Origin: Pseudobdellovibrionaceae bacterium
GTDB taxonomy: Bacteria > Bdellovibrionota > Bdellovibrionia > Bdellovibrionales > Bdellovibrionaceae
Length of the DNA: 64,000 nt
Assembly (NCBI GenBank): GCA_039810425.1
Contig: JBDHWW010000010.1
Span: 1 to 64,000 of the forward strand
Reading direction: 5' to 3'
Each line of letters opens with the position of its first letter. Within the stretch, counting starts at the first letter, position 1. The position numbers and the translations under genes are program-made. This document shows, one piece after another, positions 29,426 to 38,641 of this stretch. The notes under the pieces are model-generated. The model was not told the DNA's origin. It searched no databases and was given only the letters and a program-made list of their open reading frames with translations.

Positions 29426-30211
29426 TTAAATTTCGCGGCACCTAATGTCAAGATCTCGAGGATAATAAACACGCATTAAGTAAAGACCCTCGGCCACCGC
29501 CGTCGGCCCGGCCTGTTTGCGATCCAGGGCCGCAATAATGTCCTTCATGGACTCCGGCTGGAGTCTCTTTTTTTCAAGCATCATCTGGGTTCCCACAATG
29601 TTGCGAACCATCTGCTTCATAAAGCCATTACCCGTGATCGTAAACTGCAAAAGACCCGGTTTACGCCACTCCCAGTCCGCCTGGTAGATCTCACGGATGG
29701 TGCTTTTAAGTTCTGTGCCAACCGACTGGAAGCTCTTAAAGTCTTGTTTTCCCATAAGAAACTGGGAGCTTGCCTGAAGGTGCTCAAGCTGAATTGGCAG
29801 CCTTGCCCAGTCCGCATAACGATGCATGATCGCCCCGGCGCGTGGCTTATTATATACAAGATACCGATAGGTTTTACGCTTTGCCGACAGAGTTGCGTGA
29901 AAATCCTGGGGTGCCAGCCACGCTTTCTTGACTGAAATCGACCGAGGTAGATGCGGACGAAGAGCCCAAGCCATGTCCCAATTCTCCAGACGGCTTAATG
30001 GACGCGCTGTATCGAAATGACAGACCTGGCCGATGGCGTGAACCCCGGCATCGGTTCGACCACTCGCTGACAGAGTAATTTTTTCTTGGAAGACCTTGCA
30101 CAGAGCCTCCTCGAGGGTCTGTTGGACGCTTTTGTTCGCCATGTGGTTTTGTTTTTGCCACCCGCAAAAGTCAGTGCCGTCATAGGATACGAGGAATCGG
30201 ATTCTCTGCAT
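29426..30211 (-). CDS. truA: tRNA pseudouridine(38-40) synthase TruA
   Basis: YDGTDFCGWQ, SGRTDAGVHA, FMKQMVRNIVG. Confidence 0.97.
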   Translation of the reverse strand: MQRIRFLVSYDGTDFCGWQKQNHMANKSVQQTLEEALCKVFQEKITLSASGRTDAGVHAIGQVCHFDTARPLSRLENWDMAWALRPHLPRSISVKKAWLAPQDFHATLSAKRKTYRYLVYNKPRAGAIMHRYADWARLPIQLEHLQASSQFLMGKQDFKSFQSVGTELKSTIREIYQADWEWRKPGLLQFTITGNGFMKQMVRNIVGTQMMLEKKRLQPESMKDIIAALDRKQAGPTAVAEGLYLMRVYYPRDLDIRCREI

Positions 30212-30236
30212 GCGCGATCTTATAGCAGAACTGGAT

Positions 30237-31265
30237 CTAGAAGTCAGCGCTGATTCCAACGCTCATGATTCCGCCGGAAAAATTAAGGTCCTCAGAAAAG
30301 GCCTGCTGAAAACGGTATTCGGCCACAATCCATAGATTACCAACGCCGTACTCGCTATCAAGGTTGAAAGCCATGCTCCGATCCATCGCCGTCAGATTAA
30401 ACATTAAGCCGCCAGCACCATAAACTGCAGGAGTGCCGCTGAAATGGTTCTTATCGTCGTCACGCATTTCCGCGACGGCGATATAGCTCGCACCGCCTGA
30501 AATATAAGGGGCGATCCACTGGCGTTTGAAATACTCCAAGCGGTAAATAAGGCCAAGATTCAGAGGTAAAATCACAAACGTGTACTTCTCTTGTGCTGGC
30601 TGGCCGTTCTTTAAGAAGTGACCATTGCCATTCGCCATTGCAAAATCAAAACCGGTCTGTACGCCGAGCTTACCGAAACCGGTGAATGGCTGCCACTCAT
30701 AATCAAACATCAAAGTCGCAATCGAGCCGCCACCATACATACTTTGGAAATCTGTATAGCCGTCGGCCGAAATGATCTTCGGTGGATCCATCATCCCAAA
30801 GCGCACAACCCCCGTCTGATTTTTTGGGGTGGTTTTAACTCTGTAAACGTAGGTTCCATCTTGCTCGATACGGATCAGGCCTTTTTTCGCATCCGGGTGA
30901 TGAATCAGCTTCACACCTTTTTTCGGAGTTTTGTCCACCTCCTCCGCTGCCGACGAGGTGTAACCACCGTTCGCGACTTTCGTTGGCTGTGGCTTTTTAG
31001 AGGCCCTCGGCTGAACAGGCGGGTTTGTCGCCGACCAGTCATCCAAAGTGGATTGTGAAGCTGCCGGGGACTGCGAGTTTGTCGGTGCCGGGCTCACCGG
31101 AATGGCCGGGTTGGTTGCGGCCGGGTCTTCGCCCAGTACAGAATCAAATTCATTACTATCTGTATAAGGTGGTTCGCGTGGGGGAGCTTCTTGAGTGGCG
31201 GCAAAAGCATGCACGCTGAAGGTTGCCACAGCAGCAACCATAAACGCTTTCACAAAAATCTTCAC
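30237..31265 (-). CDS. Outer-membrane beta-barrel protein with Pro/Ser-rich N-terminal linker
   Basis: Signal peptide; alternating amphipathic strands; terminal Phe (GISADF). Confidence 0.7.
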   Translation of the reverse strand: MKIFVKAFMVAAVATFSVHAFAATQEAPPREPPYTDSNEFDSVLGEDPAATNPAIPVSPAPTNSQSPAASQSTLDDWSATNPPVQPRASKKPQPTKVANGGYTSSAAEEVDKTPKKGVKLIHHPDAKKGLIRIEQDGTYVYRVKTTPKNQTGVVRFGMMDPPKIISADGYTDFQSMYGGGSIATLMFDYEWQPFTGFGKLGVQTGFDFAMANGNGHFLKNGQPAQEKYTFVILPLNLGLIYRLEYFKRQWIAPYISGGASYIAVAEMRDDDKNHFSGTPAVYGAGGLMFNLTAMDRSMAFNLDSEYGVGNLWIVAEYRFQQAFSEDLNFSGGIMSVGISADF

Positions 31266-32722
31266 GCATTCCCCCTCAAAGAGCTTCTATTGCGAAGAGT
31301 CCACAGAGTGAATTTTGCCGCTAGTGCCATGCCAAAAAGGGCCAAGAGAATTGCTGGAACAATCCCGATCCAAAGGCTGATTTTTATAAACAGAAGCATG
31401 GGCCAAAGCCCAATAACACTCGCCGTTTTTAAAGCTTCGCTATGGGCTATCCATTCCGCCGCTTCCGGACCGAATTTGTAGTAGAATTTCACAAAAGACC
31501 GTCCTACTGAATTCGTCAGCAGGTACTTATTACGGAACTCACGGAAAGTTTGAACTTCCGGAGCCATCCAACTGCCGTAAGTCGCTGTCGCGATAAAGCA
31601 GTGCTTATCATCCAGAAGTCCCACCACCTGAGAGGGAGTCGCGCAGACTTTCGAGGTCGTTCCCAAAACCGTTTGATCTGCGAAATACATGATGTTGCCC
31701 GTGATGTCCATACTCGCCAAAGAGAAGCAATAGTTGACTTCATTTTGCAAACCACGAATACGTGGGTCCGAGATGCTCGGCGGCTTCGGCGAATTATTTT
31801 GCAAATTTAAAACAACATTCTCCGCATTGTTAGGAATCGCTTTCGCGTCAGCCACGCCGGTTTGATAAAATATCACCACGCGGTTGTACTTAACATTGGA
31901 ATCGGCGGTCACGAGGTCATAACTGGAAGCTGCATAGTCAAGAATATAAACCTTTTCATCACCCGCAGTCATATTATAGTCACAGATCCCCTGAGTGTTA
32001 TCTGTCGGGGTTGTTCCTGCTGGGCAATTTGTGACCGTCGCGCTGGTAGCAGCTTCATTCACAATCGAGCGTAAAACCAAAGTAAAATCTATTTTTTCTT
32101 CGAGATCACCATCGTTGTTATTGTCGATCCCCGCACTCAGAGTGACACCGGAAAAACCGGTTGCGCAGTTTCCATTTCCGCCACCACCAATATTTTTGCA
32201 AAGACTGCTCCATTTGATTTCGATGGTAAACGGTTGGCCCGCAGCCAATGTTGGAGCTGTCGCATTGTCAGGTGTATAAAAGGAGGCTGTCGAGCCACTT
32301 CCGGACAGACGATAAAGAATGCGTGGAGTCCCTTGGAAGATGGCTGTTGTCGATGAAACCAAAGTGATTCTTAAAACCAAGTCCGGATGGATCGAGGTTT
32401 GATTGCACCACTTCTGATTTGTTCCAACAAAGCTGCCATCACAGGAGTTACAAGTGGCGCTACCATTTCTCTGGTTCGGAGCACATCCACCTGAGTCCCC
32501 TGCATAACCACCGTAAATAACCGGTATCGTGGTAGAACCCGTGCTATTCGTACCCGTCGGCGTGAAATAGGAAAGGCCCGTGGGAGCCGCACCGCCGGAA
32601 AGTTGCATCCCTGATGTTGTTGGGGTTGGCGTTGGCGTGGCGGCTTGCGCCGAAGCAAGGTTTGCCCCGATAAGGCCTGAGATTAGAATAATTTTTGAAA
32701 TAATCGTCCGTGATACTTCCAC
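31262..32722 (-). CDS. Secreted Cys/Thr-rich protein with CFI-box-CTERM domain
   Basis: C-terminal HCFIATATYGS...FREFRNKYL...FVKFYY followed by TM segments and basic tail. Confidence 0.82.
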   Translation of the reverse strand: MEVSRTIISKIILISGLIGANLASAQAATPTPTPTTSGMQLSGGAAPTGLSYFTPTGTNSTGSTTIPVIYGGYAGDSGGCAPNQRNGSATCNSCDGSFVGTNQKWCNQTSIHPDLVLRITLVSSTTAIFQGTPRILYRLSGSGSTASFYTPDNATAPTLAAGQPFTIEIKWSSLCKNIGGGGNGNCATGFSGVTLSAGIDNNNDGDLEEKIDFTLVLRSIVNEAATSATVTNCPAGTTPTDNTQGICDYNMTAGDEKVYILDYAASSYDLVTADSNVKYNRVVIFYQTGVADAKAIPNNAENVVLNLQNNSPKPPSISDPRIRGLQNEVNYCFSLASMDITGNIMYFADQTVLGTTSKVCATPSQVVGLLDDKHCFIATATYGSWMAPEVQTFREFRNKYLLTNSVGRSFVKFYYKFGPEAAEWIAHSEALKTASVIGLWPMLLFIKISLWIGIVPAILLALFGMALAAKFTLWTLRNRSSLRGNA

Positions 32723-32734
32723 AGACTCATGAGA

Positions 32735-33757
32735 TCACGCTTGGGGCTTGATGTCAAAAATATGCTCCGCAATTTGAAGACCGTTGAGAGCGGCTCCTTT
32801 ACGGATGTTGTCCGACACCACCCACATGAGCCACGTATAGGGGTTCTCAGGGTCTCTATGGATGCGCCCAACGTAAACAGGGTCCTGCCCTGACACATTG
32901 CGTGGAGTGGGGTACACAGATTTCTGTGTCTCATCTTGAATCACGAGACCTTGAAAGTTCGTCATTGTTTCCACAAGACTCGCTCGATCTGTCTTCTGTT
33001 TGAGGGTCACCCACACCGACTCACTATGCGCATTCAAGGCCGGAACACGCACTGTGAACGCCGACACTTTCAGCTCTGGCAAACCCAGAATTTTGCGGGT
33101 TTCTTTCATGATCTTCACTTCCTCCGAGCAGAAGCCTTCATCGTTGAAAGAACCGATTTGCGGAATACAGTTGAACAAAATTGGATGCGGGAACACAGCA
33201 TTCTTTGGCGTAGGATTCTTATAGTCTTCTGTTTGATTAAGCAACTCATCATAACCAGCGATACCCGCGCCACTGACTGCTTGATAAGAACTCACGCGGA
33301 CTTCTTCTAGACCAAACTTATCTGCGAGTGGTTTCATCGCAACCACCAATTGAATGGTGGAGCAGTTTGGATTCGCAATTACTTGCGGCGGAGATTTTGA
33401 ATTGACGAGATGGCCATTCACCTCTGGTACGATCAAATGAACCGACGAATCCATCCGGAAGGCCGCAGAGTTATCGATGGCAAAGGCGCCGGCTTTGACC
33501 GCCTGTGGGGCCCACTCTTTACTGATGTCATCGCCTGAAGAAAAGAACACCAGATCCAAGCCATCAAAGCAGCCTGGTTTTAAAATCTGAAGGGTCCAAT
33601 CCTGACCTTGAACGTGAATCTTCTTACCGGCGGAAGTATCACTGGCAAATGGGCGGAGCTCCGCCATCGGGAACTTCCGCTCTTCGAGAATATTCATGAA
33701 CGTTTGGCCTACCATTCCGGTAGCACCAACAACACCGACCTTAAGACTTTTTCTCAT
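32735..33757 (-). CDS. asd: Aspartate-semialdehyde dehydrogenase
   Basis: VGATGMVG, ANPNCST, YQAVSGAG, DNIRKGAALN. Confidence 0.97.
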   Translation of the reverse strand: MRKSLKVGVVGATGMVGQTFMNILEERKFPMAELRPFASDTSAGKKIHVQGQDWTLQILKPGCFDGLDLVFFSSGDDISKEWAPQAVKAGAFAIDNSAAFRMDSSVHLIVPEVNGHLVNSKSPPQVIANPNCSTIQLVVAMKPLADKFGLEEVRVSSYQAVSGAGIAGYDELLNQTEDYKNPTPKNAVFPHPILFNCIPQIGSFNDEGFCSEEVKIMKETRKILGLPELKVSAFTVRVPALNAHSESVWVTLKQKTDRASLVETMTNFQGLVIQDETQKSVYPTPRNVSGQDPVYVGRIHRDPENPYTWLMWVVSDNIRKGAALNGLQIAEHIFDIKPQA

Positions 33758-34595
33758 CGTTCTCATTTTCTATTTCTTCGTCTTCTTCAACCAGATCATC
33801 TTCGTTGGTTTGCGCTGGAGCATACACGCTCGGACGGATTCTACGGGCATTTTTCCCAAGCTTAAAGACACCGAAAACGGCACCGAGGACCGCATAGCCA
33901 AAAAAGAGAACAAAAAGCATAACCTCCGGACGAAGAGCCACGACCACAATCACGCCGACACCCAAAAGCAAATAACGGAACGGAAGACGTTCTTTCAAAT
34001 CCAAATCTTTGAAGCTGCGATAGCGGAAATTGCTCACCATCACCAGCGCGAGGAGGATGGTCATCACGAGAAGACCGATATTGCCGCTGGCCTCCATCTC
34101 GAGATCCTGTACCGCAAGAATAGAAGATGCCACGATCCCCGCCGCCATTGGAATTGGCAAACCTTGAAAGTAGTTTTTCTCTACGATACCGGCTTGAACA
34201 TTGAAACGTGCCAAGCGAAGCGCACCGCAAGTTGCGAACAAGAAGCACGCGATCCAGCCAAGACGGCCAAAAGGATTCAAAGCCCATTGGTAAAGCATAA
34301 TTGCCGGAGCCACACCGAAGCTGACCAAATCACAGAGTGAATCGTACTCTGCACCGAATTTTGAAGTGGAACGAGTCAGACGCGCCAAACGGCCATCAAG
34401 CAAGTCAAACACCGCCGCCGCAACGATGGCGTAAGCGCCATAGAGGAAGTTTGATTTCAAGGCCTGTATGATCGCAAAGAAACCAAAGAACAAGTTCCCT
34501 GTCGTCATCAAGTTCGGAAGGACGTAAATGTAGATCGCCAGCTTCTTGCCGGCGGGTTCATTCGGTTCAGCAGGAGTTGTTGGATAGTTTGCCAT
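33741..34595 (-). CDS. pssA: CDP-diacylglycerol--serine O-phosphatidyltransferase
   Basis: DLLDGRLAR...FGAEYDSLCD CDP-alcohol motif; RLARFN. Confidence 0.93.
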   Translation of the reverse strand: MANYPTTPAEPNEPAGKKLAIYIYVLPNLMTTGNLFFGFFAIIQALKSNFLYGAYAIVAAAVFDLLDGRLARLTRSTSKFGAEYDSLCDLVSFGVAPAIMLYQWALNPFGRLGWIACFLFATCGALRLARFNVQAGIVEKNYFQGLPIPMAAGIVASSILAVQDLEMEASGNIGLLVMTILLALVMVSNFRYRSFKDLDLKERLPFRYLLLGVGVIVVVALRPEVMLFVLFFGYAVLGAVFGVFKLGKNARRIRPSVYAPAQTNEDDLVEEDEEIENENDEKKS

Positions 34596-34618
34596 AGAAA
34601 TCTTCCTTTGATTTTGCT

Positions 34619-35284
34619 TTAAGCCGCAAAGAGGCCGAATAGATAAAATAAAATATAAAGGCCGACGCCGCTCAATACCGGCAACGTGAAATTATCATCC
34701 ATTTTGCCGATAGGTACCAACTCCGCCAAAGCCCCTATGAGGCCGGCTAAGAGGCTCACGACGATCACGCGATCAATCATGATGTTAAAGTAACTCAAGA
34801 AAATCGCCGTCAAAAGCGCGCAGACACCAAAGGCCGCCATGAAACCCTGAATGGATTTGTGCCCGAAAACTTTGTCTTTACCATACTTGATCCCGACAAA
34901 AGAAGCGATAGGGTCCGCGAACGCCAGGAACAATAAAGTTAAAGCCACGACCGGACGCGGAAACAAAGCCACAATTAAGCACACGCCACTCAGCAAGTAA
35001 GTGGTACCGGCGATTCTGTGGATTTCGTGAGTACGCATGATCGGCTTAAAGGCATGAACCATCCAGTCATTGAGGGCTGGATACCTATGACGAAGGAAGT
35101 CGATGGGTAGGAACAAAAGCGTCGCGATGGCCAAAATAGAATATGAAACGATTTCGGGCGCGAGAACATAGATAGCAAACATGCCGAATACACCCGCCAT
35201 GTGCCAAATTTTACGCGCCCAATGAATGTCAGACCGTTTCTTTAGTTCCAATTGATTCAAATTATCCAATACGTATTCTGTCAT
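34619..35284 (-). CDS. CTP-dependent diacylglycerol/polyprenol kinase family membrane protein
   Basis: RKIWH, ADPIAS..G..YG, KSIQG, AEL...DDN. Confidence 0.85.
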   Translation of the reverse strand: MTEYVLDNLNQLELKKRSDIHWARKIWHMAGVFGMFAIYVLAPEIVSYSILAIATLLFLPIDFLRHRYPALNDWMVHAFKPIMRTHEIHRIAGTTYLLSGVCLIVALFPRPVVALTLLFLAFADPIASFVGIKYGKDKVFGHKSIQGFMAAFGVCALLTAIFLSYFNIMIDRVIVVSLLAGLIGALAELVPIGKMDDNFTLPVLSGVGLYILFYLFGLFAA

Positions 35285-35397
35285 CGGCAGCCACCATAAA
35301 GGAAGCCATGCCCTCTGATCAAACCTTAAATCACTGTTTTGTATATTGCGCGTTAAGATTGTATTTGGGAAGGAAATTATTGCGAGTTTTCGTCAGT

Positions 35398-35943
35398 TTA
35401 GATCGTGCCCGCTCTAACTCTGAGAAGGTGCTCCTCAATCTGTCCCGACGGTGTTTGATATTGAATGGAGATCTGATTTTCGCCCTCGTCGAGCTGAATC
35501 AAATCGGTTTGGTATTCTTTCGCATTCAGCATGAAAACCGACGCGGTAAAACCATTCGATTTATTGGTGATGCTGAGCTTCGGAGACTGCGCCCCTTTAT
35601 TGCAATCTCTCCCCCTTAACTGCAGGTAACCACCCTCAACCTTGAAGTCCATTGATTTCGCTTTCCCACACGAGAAATCGAAGCTGATCAGATTGTTGCT
35701 CAACAGATTATTGAGCTCTTGTTTCACGTCTTGAATGACAACAGATTTTTTAGGAGCGTGGCCCGCCAACGAAGGTAAACTCGCGGGCTGACGCGACTTC
35801 AATTCCATAGGGCGAAGCGCCATCGTCGTTTGCGGAGTGTGTTCTTCCGGAGTCATCAAAGACGCAAGCGTCGGCACCGCGATCGTCGCTACCAAAAAAG
35901 CTGTCGTTGCTAAGAATTTCCATTCCGTGTTCTTGATACTCAT
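35398..35943 (-). CDS. Hypothetical membrane-anchored protein with Ig-like C-terminus
   Basis: N-terminal TM; RQPAS linker; IQLDEGENQISI. Confidence 0.7.
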   Translation of the reverse strand: MSIKNTEWKFLATTAFLVATIAVPTLASLMTPEEHTPQTTMALRPMELKSRQPASLPSLAGHAPKKSVVIQDVKQELNNLLSNNLISFDFSCGKAKSMDFKVEGGYLQLRGRDCNKGAQSPKLSITNKSNGFTASVFMLNAKEYQTDLIQLDEGENQISIQYQTPSGQIEEHLLRVRAGTI

Positions 35944-35950
35944 ACTGGAA

Positions 35951-35978
35951 TATTCGGCGGATTTTTGACGGGACTTAA
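35951..35978 (-). promoter_or_regulatory. Sigma28-like promoter, probably leaderless transcript
   Basis: TTAAG-N15-GCCGAATA ending 7 nt before ATG 35943. Confidence 0.55.
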
Positions 35979-36094
35979 GGCGTGTCATTTTGAGACTCTT
36001 CCCTCTGAAGATTCTTCATTTGACTTCTGCCAAAGCAAGTCTCTAGCCTAGGAAATACAAAACCTACGTCTTGAATCGGCAAGGAGGATTCCAC

Positions 36095-36676
36095 ATGAAA
36101 GCATTTATTCTTACATTTTTGATGGGAGCGACGGCGACGGCCACGCCCTACACGCTTGATGCTTCCCACACCGACGTTGGCTTTTCGATCAAGCACTTAA
36201 TGATTTCGAACGTTAAAGGAGGCTTCAAAAAATTCTCCGGCACCTTTGATTTCGACCCCGCGAAGAACCATCTGAACCGCATCAATGTTGAAATCGATAC
36301 GGCCTCCATCGACACGAACGAGCCTGATCGCGACAAGCATTTGCGCTCGAACGATTTCTTCCATGTAGAGAAGTATCCAAAGATGACTTTCAAGAGCGAT
36401 AAGATCGAATACTCCGGCGACAAACCGGTCAAAGCGATCGGCACTCTGAAAATTCGCGATAAATCAAAAACTGTGATATTGGATCTGGACTATCGTGGCT
36501 CTATCATGGATGCTTGGGGTAACAACAAGCTGGCTTTTGCCGCGACGACAAAAATCGATCGCAAGGATTTCGGGATGACTTGGAATAAAGCTCTCGATAA
36601 AGGCGGCGTGACCGTGGGCGACGAGGTGAGCATCTCCATCGAAGGCGAAGCAAACCCGGTTGCCGCGAAAAAATAA
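36095..36676 (+). CDS. YceI family periplasmic lipid/polyisoprenoid-binding protein
   Basis: YTLDASHT.VGF, RDKHLRSNDFF, IDRKDFG; AAGGAGG SD. Confidence 0.93.
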   Translation: MKAFILTFLMGATATATPYTLDASHTDVGFSIKHLMISNVKGGFKKFSGTFDFDPAKNHLNRINVEIDTASIDTNEPDRDKHLRSNDFFHVEKYPKMTFKSDKIEYSGDKPVKAIGTLKIRDKSKTVILDLDYRGSIMDAWGNNKLAFAATTKIDRKDFGMTWNKALDKGGVTVGDEVSISIEGEANPVAAKK

Positions 36677-36706
36677 ATGTAACTTATTCTATCAAGGAGG
36701 AACTTT

Positions 36707-36988
36707 ATGAATAAGATGATGATTCTTGGCGCAGCGGCAGTTGGGCTTATGGCAGCAAGCGCTGCTTCAGCCGCAGATGCAGCAAAAAAAGCAGCTCCCG
36801 CAGATACAAAAGCCGTAGCAATGGGTGAATGCACCGGCATAAACTCTTGCAAAGGTAAAGGCGAATGCGGTGGTTCAGCCCACGAGTGCTCTGGTAAAAA
36901 TGCTTGCAAAGGCCAAGGCTGGATGAAAATGTCAGAGAAAGACTGTGTCGCGAAGAAAGGCAAATGGAAAGCCGGAACGTACATGTAA
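36707..36988 (+). CDS. Cys-rich MNIO-substrate precursor peptide (bufferin BufA2-like)
   Basis: Signal peptide then two CxGxNxCKGxG repeats (six Cys); directly upstream of DUF692. Confidence 0.85.
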   Translation: MNKMMILGAAAVGLMAASAASAADAAKKAAPADTKAVAMGECTGINSCKGKGECGGSAHECSGKNACKGQGWMKMSEKDCVAKKGKWKAGTYM

Positions 36989-37842
36989 TTTCTGATGAAT
37001 TTTTTGGTGGTGTGGGCTTGCGGCCCACCCACTATCCGCATTTGCTTTCCCAGGGGGCGGGTTCTGTTCAGTGGTTCGAAGCTATTTCTGAAAACTACAT
37101 GGATTCCTTCGGCCGCCCCCGCGAAATTCTCCATAAAATCCGCGAAGACTTCCCTGTAGCACTGCACGGAGTTTCAATGTCTTTAGGCTCACCTGAAGGG
37201 TTGGGCTACGAGCATCTTTGTCGCTTAAAAACTCTCGTGCATGAAATTGATCCGATGATCGTTTCGGATCACATGTGCTGGAGCAAGTTTGGCTCGCACT
37301 ACTCCCATGATCTTTTGCCGGTGGAATACACCGAAGAAAGCCTCCGTGGTTTGATCCGCAATATTGATCATGCCCAAGACTTTTTGGGCCGTCAGATTTT
37401 AATCGAAAATGTTTCAGCGTATATTCAGTCTTCTGAAGCCGACTACACGGAATGGGATTTTCTCGTGAAAGCCGTGCGCAGTACCGGATGTAAGATTCTT
37501 CTCGACATTAACAATGTCTACGTCAATGCTTCGAATTTTGGTTTTGACCCGAAATTGTATTTAAAATCAGTGCCTGCGGAATTGATCGGCCAGATTCATT
37601 TGGCCGGCTTCACTGACATGGGCGACTACTTGTTTGATACACACTCCAAAGCCGTGCATGACGACGTTTGGACTTTGTTTGAATTTAAAGCTCGCGAGCT
37701 CACTAACATCCCTGTGTTGATAGAGTGGGATGATGACATTCCGAACTTTAACCGCCTTGAAAATGAATTGCTGAAGGCGGAAGCTCGCTGGAAGCTCGCA
37801 CACGCACCGAAAGGAGCCTATGAAAAACCGCTCCTTTTATAA
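36964..37842 (+). CDS. Multinuclear non-heme iron oxidase (MNIO, DUF692)
   Basis: GVGLR, ENY, HGVSMSLG, SDH, HDLLP, IEN, LLDINN, IHLAG, DTH, IEWD; start uncertain. Confidence 0.95.
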   Translation: MESRNVHVISDEFFGGVGLRPTHYPHLLSQGAGSVQWFEAISENYMDSFGRPREILHKIREDFPVALHGVSMSLGSPEGLGYEHLCRLKTLVHEIDPMIVSDHMCWSKFGSHYSHDLLPVEYTEESLRGLIRNIDHAQDFLGRQILIENVSAYIQSSEADYTEWDFLVKAVRSTGCKILLDINNVYVNASNFGFDPKLYLKSVPAELIGQIHLAGFTDMGDYLFDTHSKAVHDDVWTLFEFKARELTNIPVLIEWDDDIPNFNRLENELLKAEARWKLAHAPKGAYEKPLLL

Positions 37843-38539
37843 GGCCGTGATTGGCGCAGAAAGTGCTCCTACCGAGGGTTTTAAGGCGGCGGGATCATTG
37901 AGTGTCGCCGGTGGCTTCGCGGTTTACCAACGCGGCTATATAGCCCGCCTCACTGAGACTTTAGGTGAAACCTACGAGTCCGTCTGGCGCGTGCTCGGCG
38001 ATGATTCATTTTTTGAAACCTGCGAAGATTTTATCACTAACAACCCTTCCCAGTCTTATAATTTGTCTGACTACTCCGTGAAGTTTATCGATTTTATGCT
38101 TTCACATCCGGCAACTACGGCCTTTCCTTTCTTGCCGGACCTCGCACATCTGGGTTGGCTCCATAAAGAAATCTTTCACGGCACAGGCGATGTTGGCCTT
38201 GCCGGTGAAGAACTTATGAGTGCTTTGAGCGAGCGTGCTGAAGATGTGAAGCTCGCACCGAACTTTGCGGTTTTGAAATCCGGTTATCGCCTGTTTGATA
38301 TCTGGAAAGCGCTAAAAGAAGAAGGCCCGTTGCCTGAGGGCTGGCAAGAACCGCAAAATCTTGCGCTCTACAAAATGGATAATCAGGTTTATGTACGTGA
38401 GATCTCTGCGGGGGAGGCGGCATTCTTTGAGAACCTGCAATCAGGAATGAATGTCTTAAAAGCATGCGAAAAACTAACTCCCCAGGAAATCACTGCATTA
38501 TTTGAGTTCCTAGGACGCGCGCGCTGCCTCATTCCCTAG
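37820..38539 (+). CDS. DUF2063 (HvfC/BufC-like) MNIO partner protein
   Basis: VYQRGYIARLTETL...LGDDSF...YNLSDYS...FLPDLAHLGW; overlaps DUF692 stop. Confidence 0.88.
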   Translation: MKNRSFYKAVIGAESAPTEGFKAAGSLSVAGGFAVYQRGYIARLTETLGETYESVWRVLGDDSFFETCEDFITNNPSQSYNLSDYSVKFIDFMLSHPATTAFPFLPDLAHLGWLHKEIFHGTGDVGLAGEELMSALSERAEDVKLAPNFAVLKSGYRLFDIWKALKEEGPLPEGWQEPQNLALYKMDNQVYVREISAGEAAFFENLQSGMNVLKACEKLTPQEITALFEFLGRARCLIP

Positions 38540-38552
38540 TCCGAAATCTGGA

Positions 38553-38580
38553 GGTACGCCGTACCTTTTTCGGATGCGAT
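38553..38580 (+). repeat. Left REP-like inverted repeat (28 bp)
   Basis: GGTACGCCGTACCTTTTTCGGATGCGAT; exact reverse complement of 39283-39310; internal GGTAC-GCC-GTACC hairpin. Confidence 0.92.
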
Positions 38581-38613
38581 GCAGATAAAACCCACATAAC
38601 ATGCAGCTGGGCA

Positions 38614-38629
38614 TGGCAGAGACATTGCT
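38614..38629 (+). promoter_or_regulatory. Sigma54-like promoter upstream of the transposase
   Basis: TGGCAG-AGACA-TTGCT (GG-N10-GC); GC ends 13 nt before ATG. Confidence 0.55.
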
Positions 38630-38641
38630 TCGTCGGCCTCT

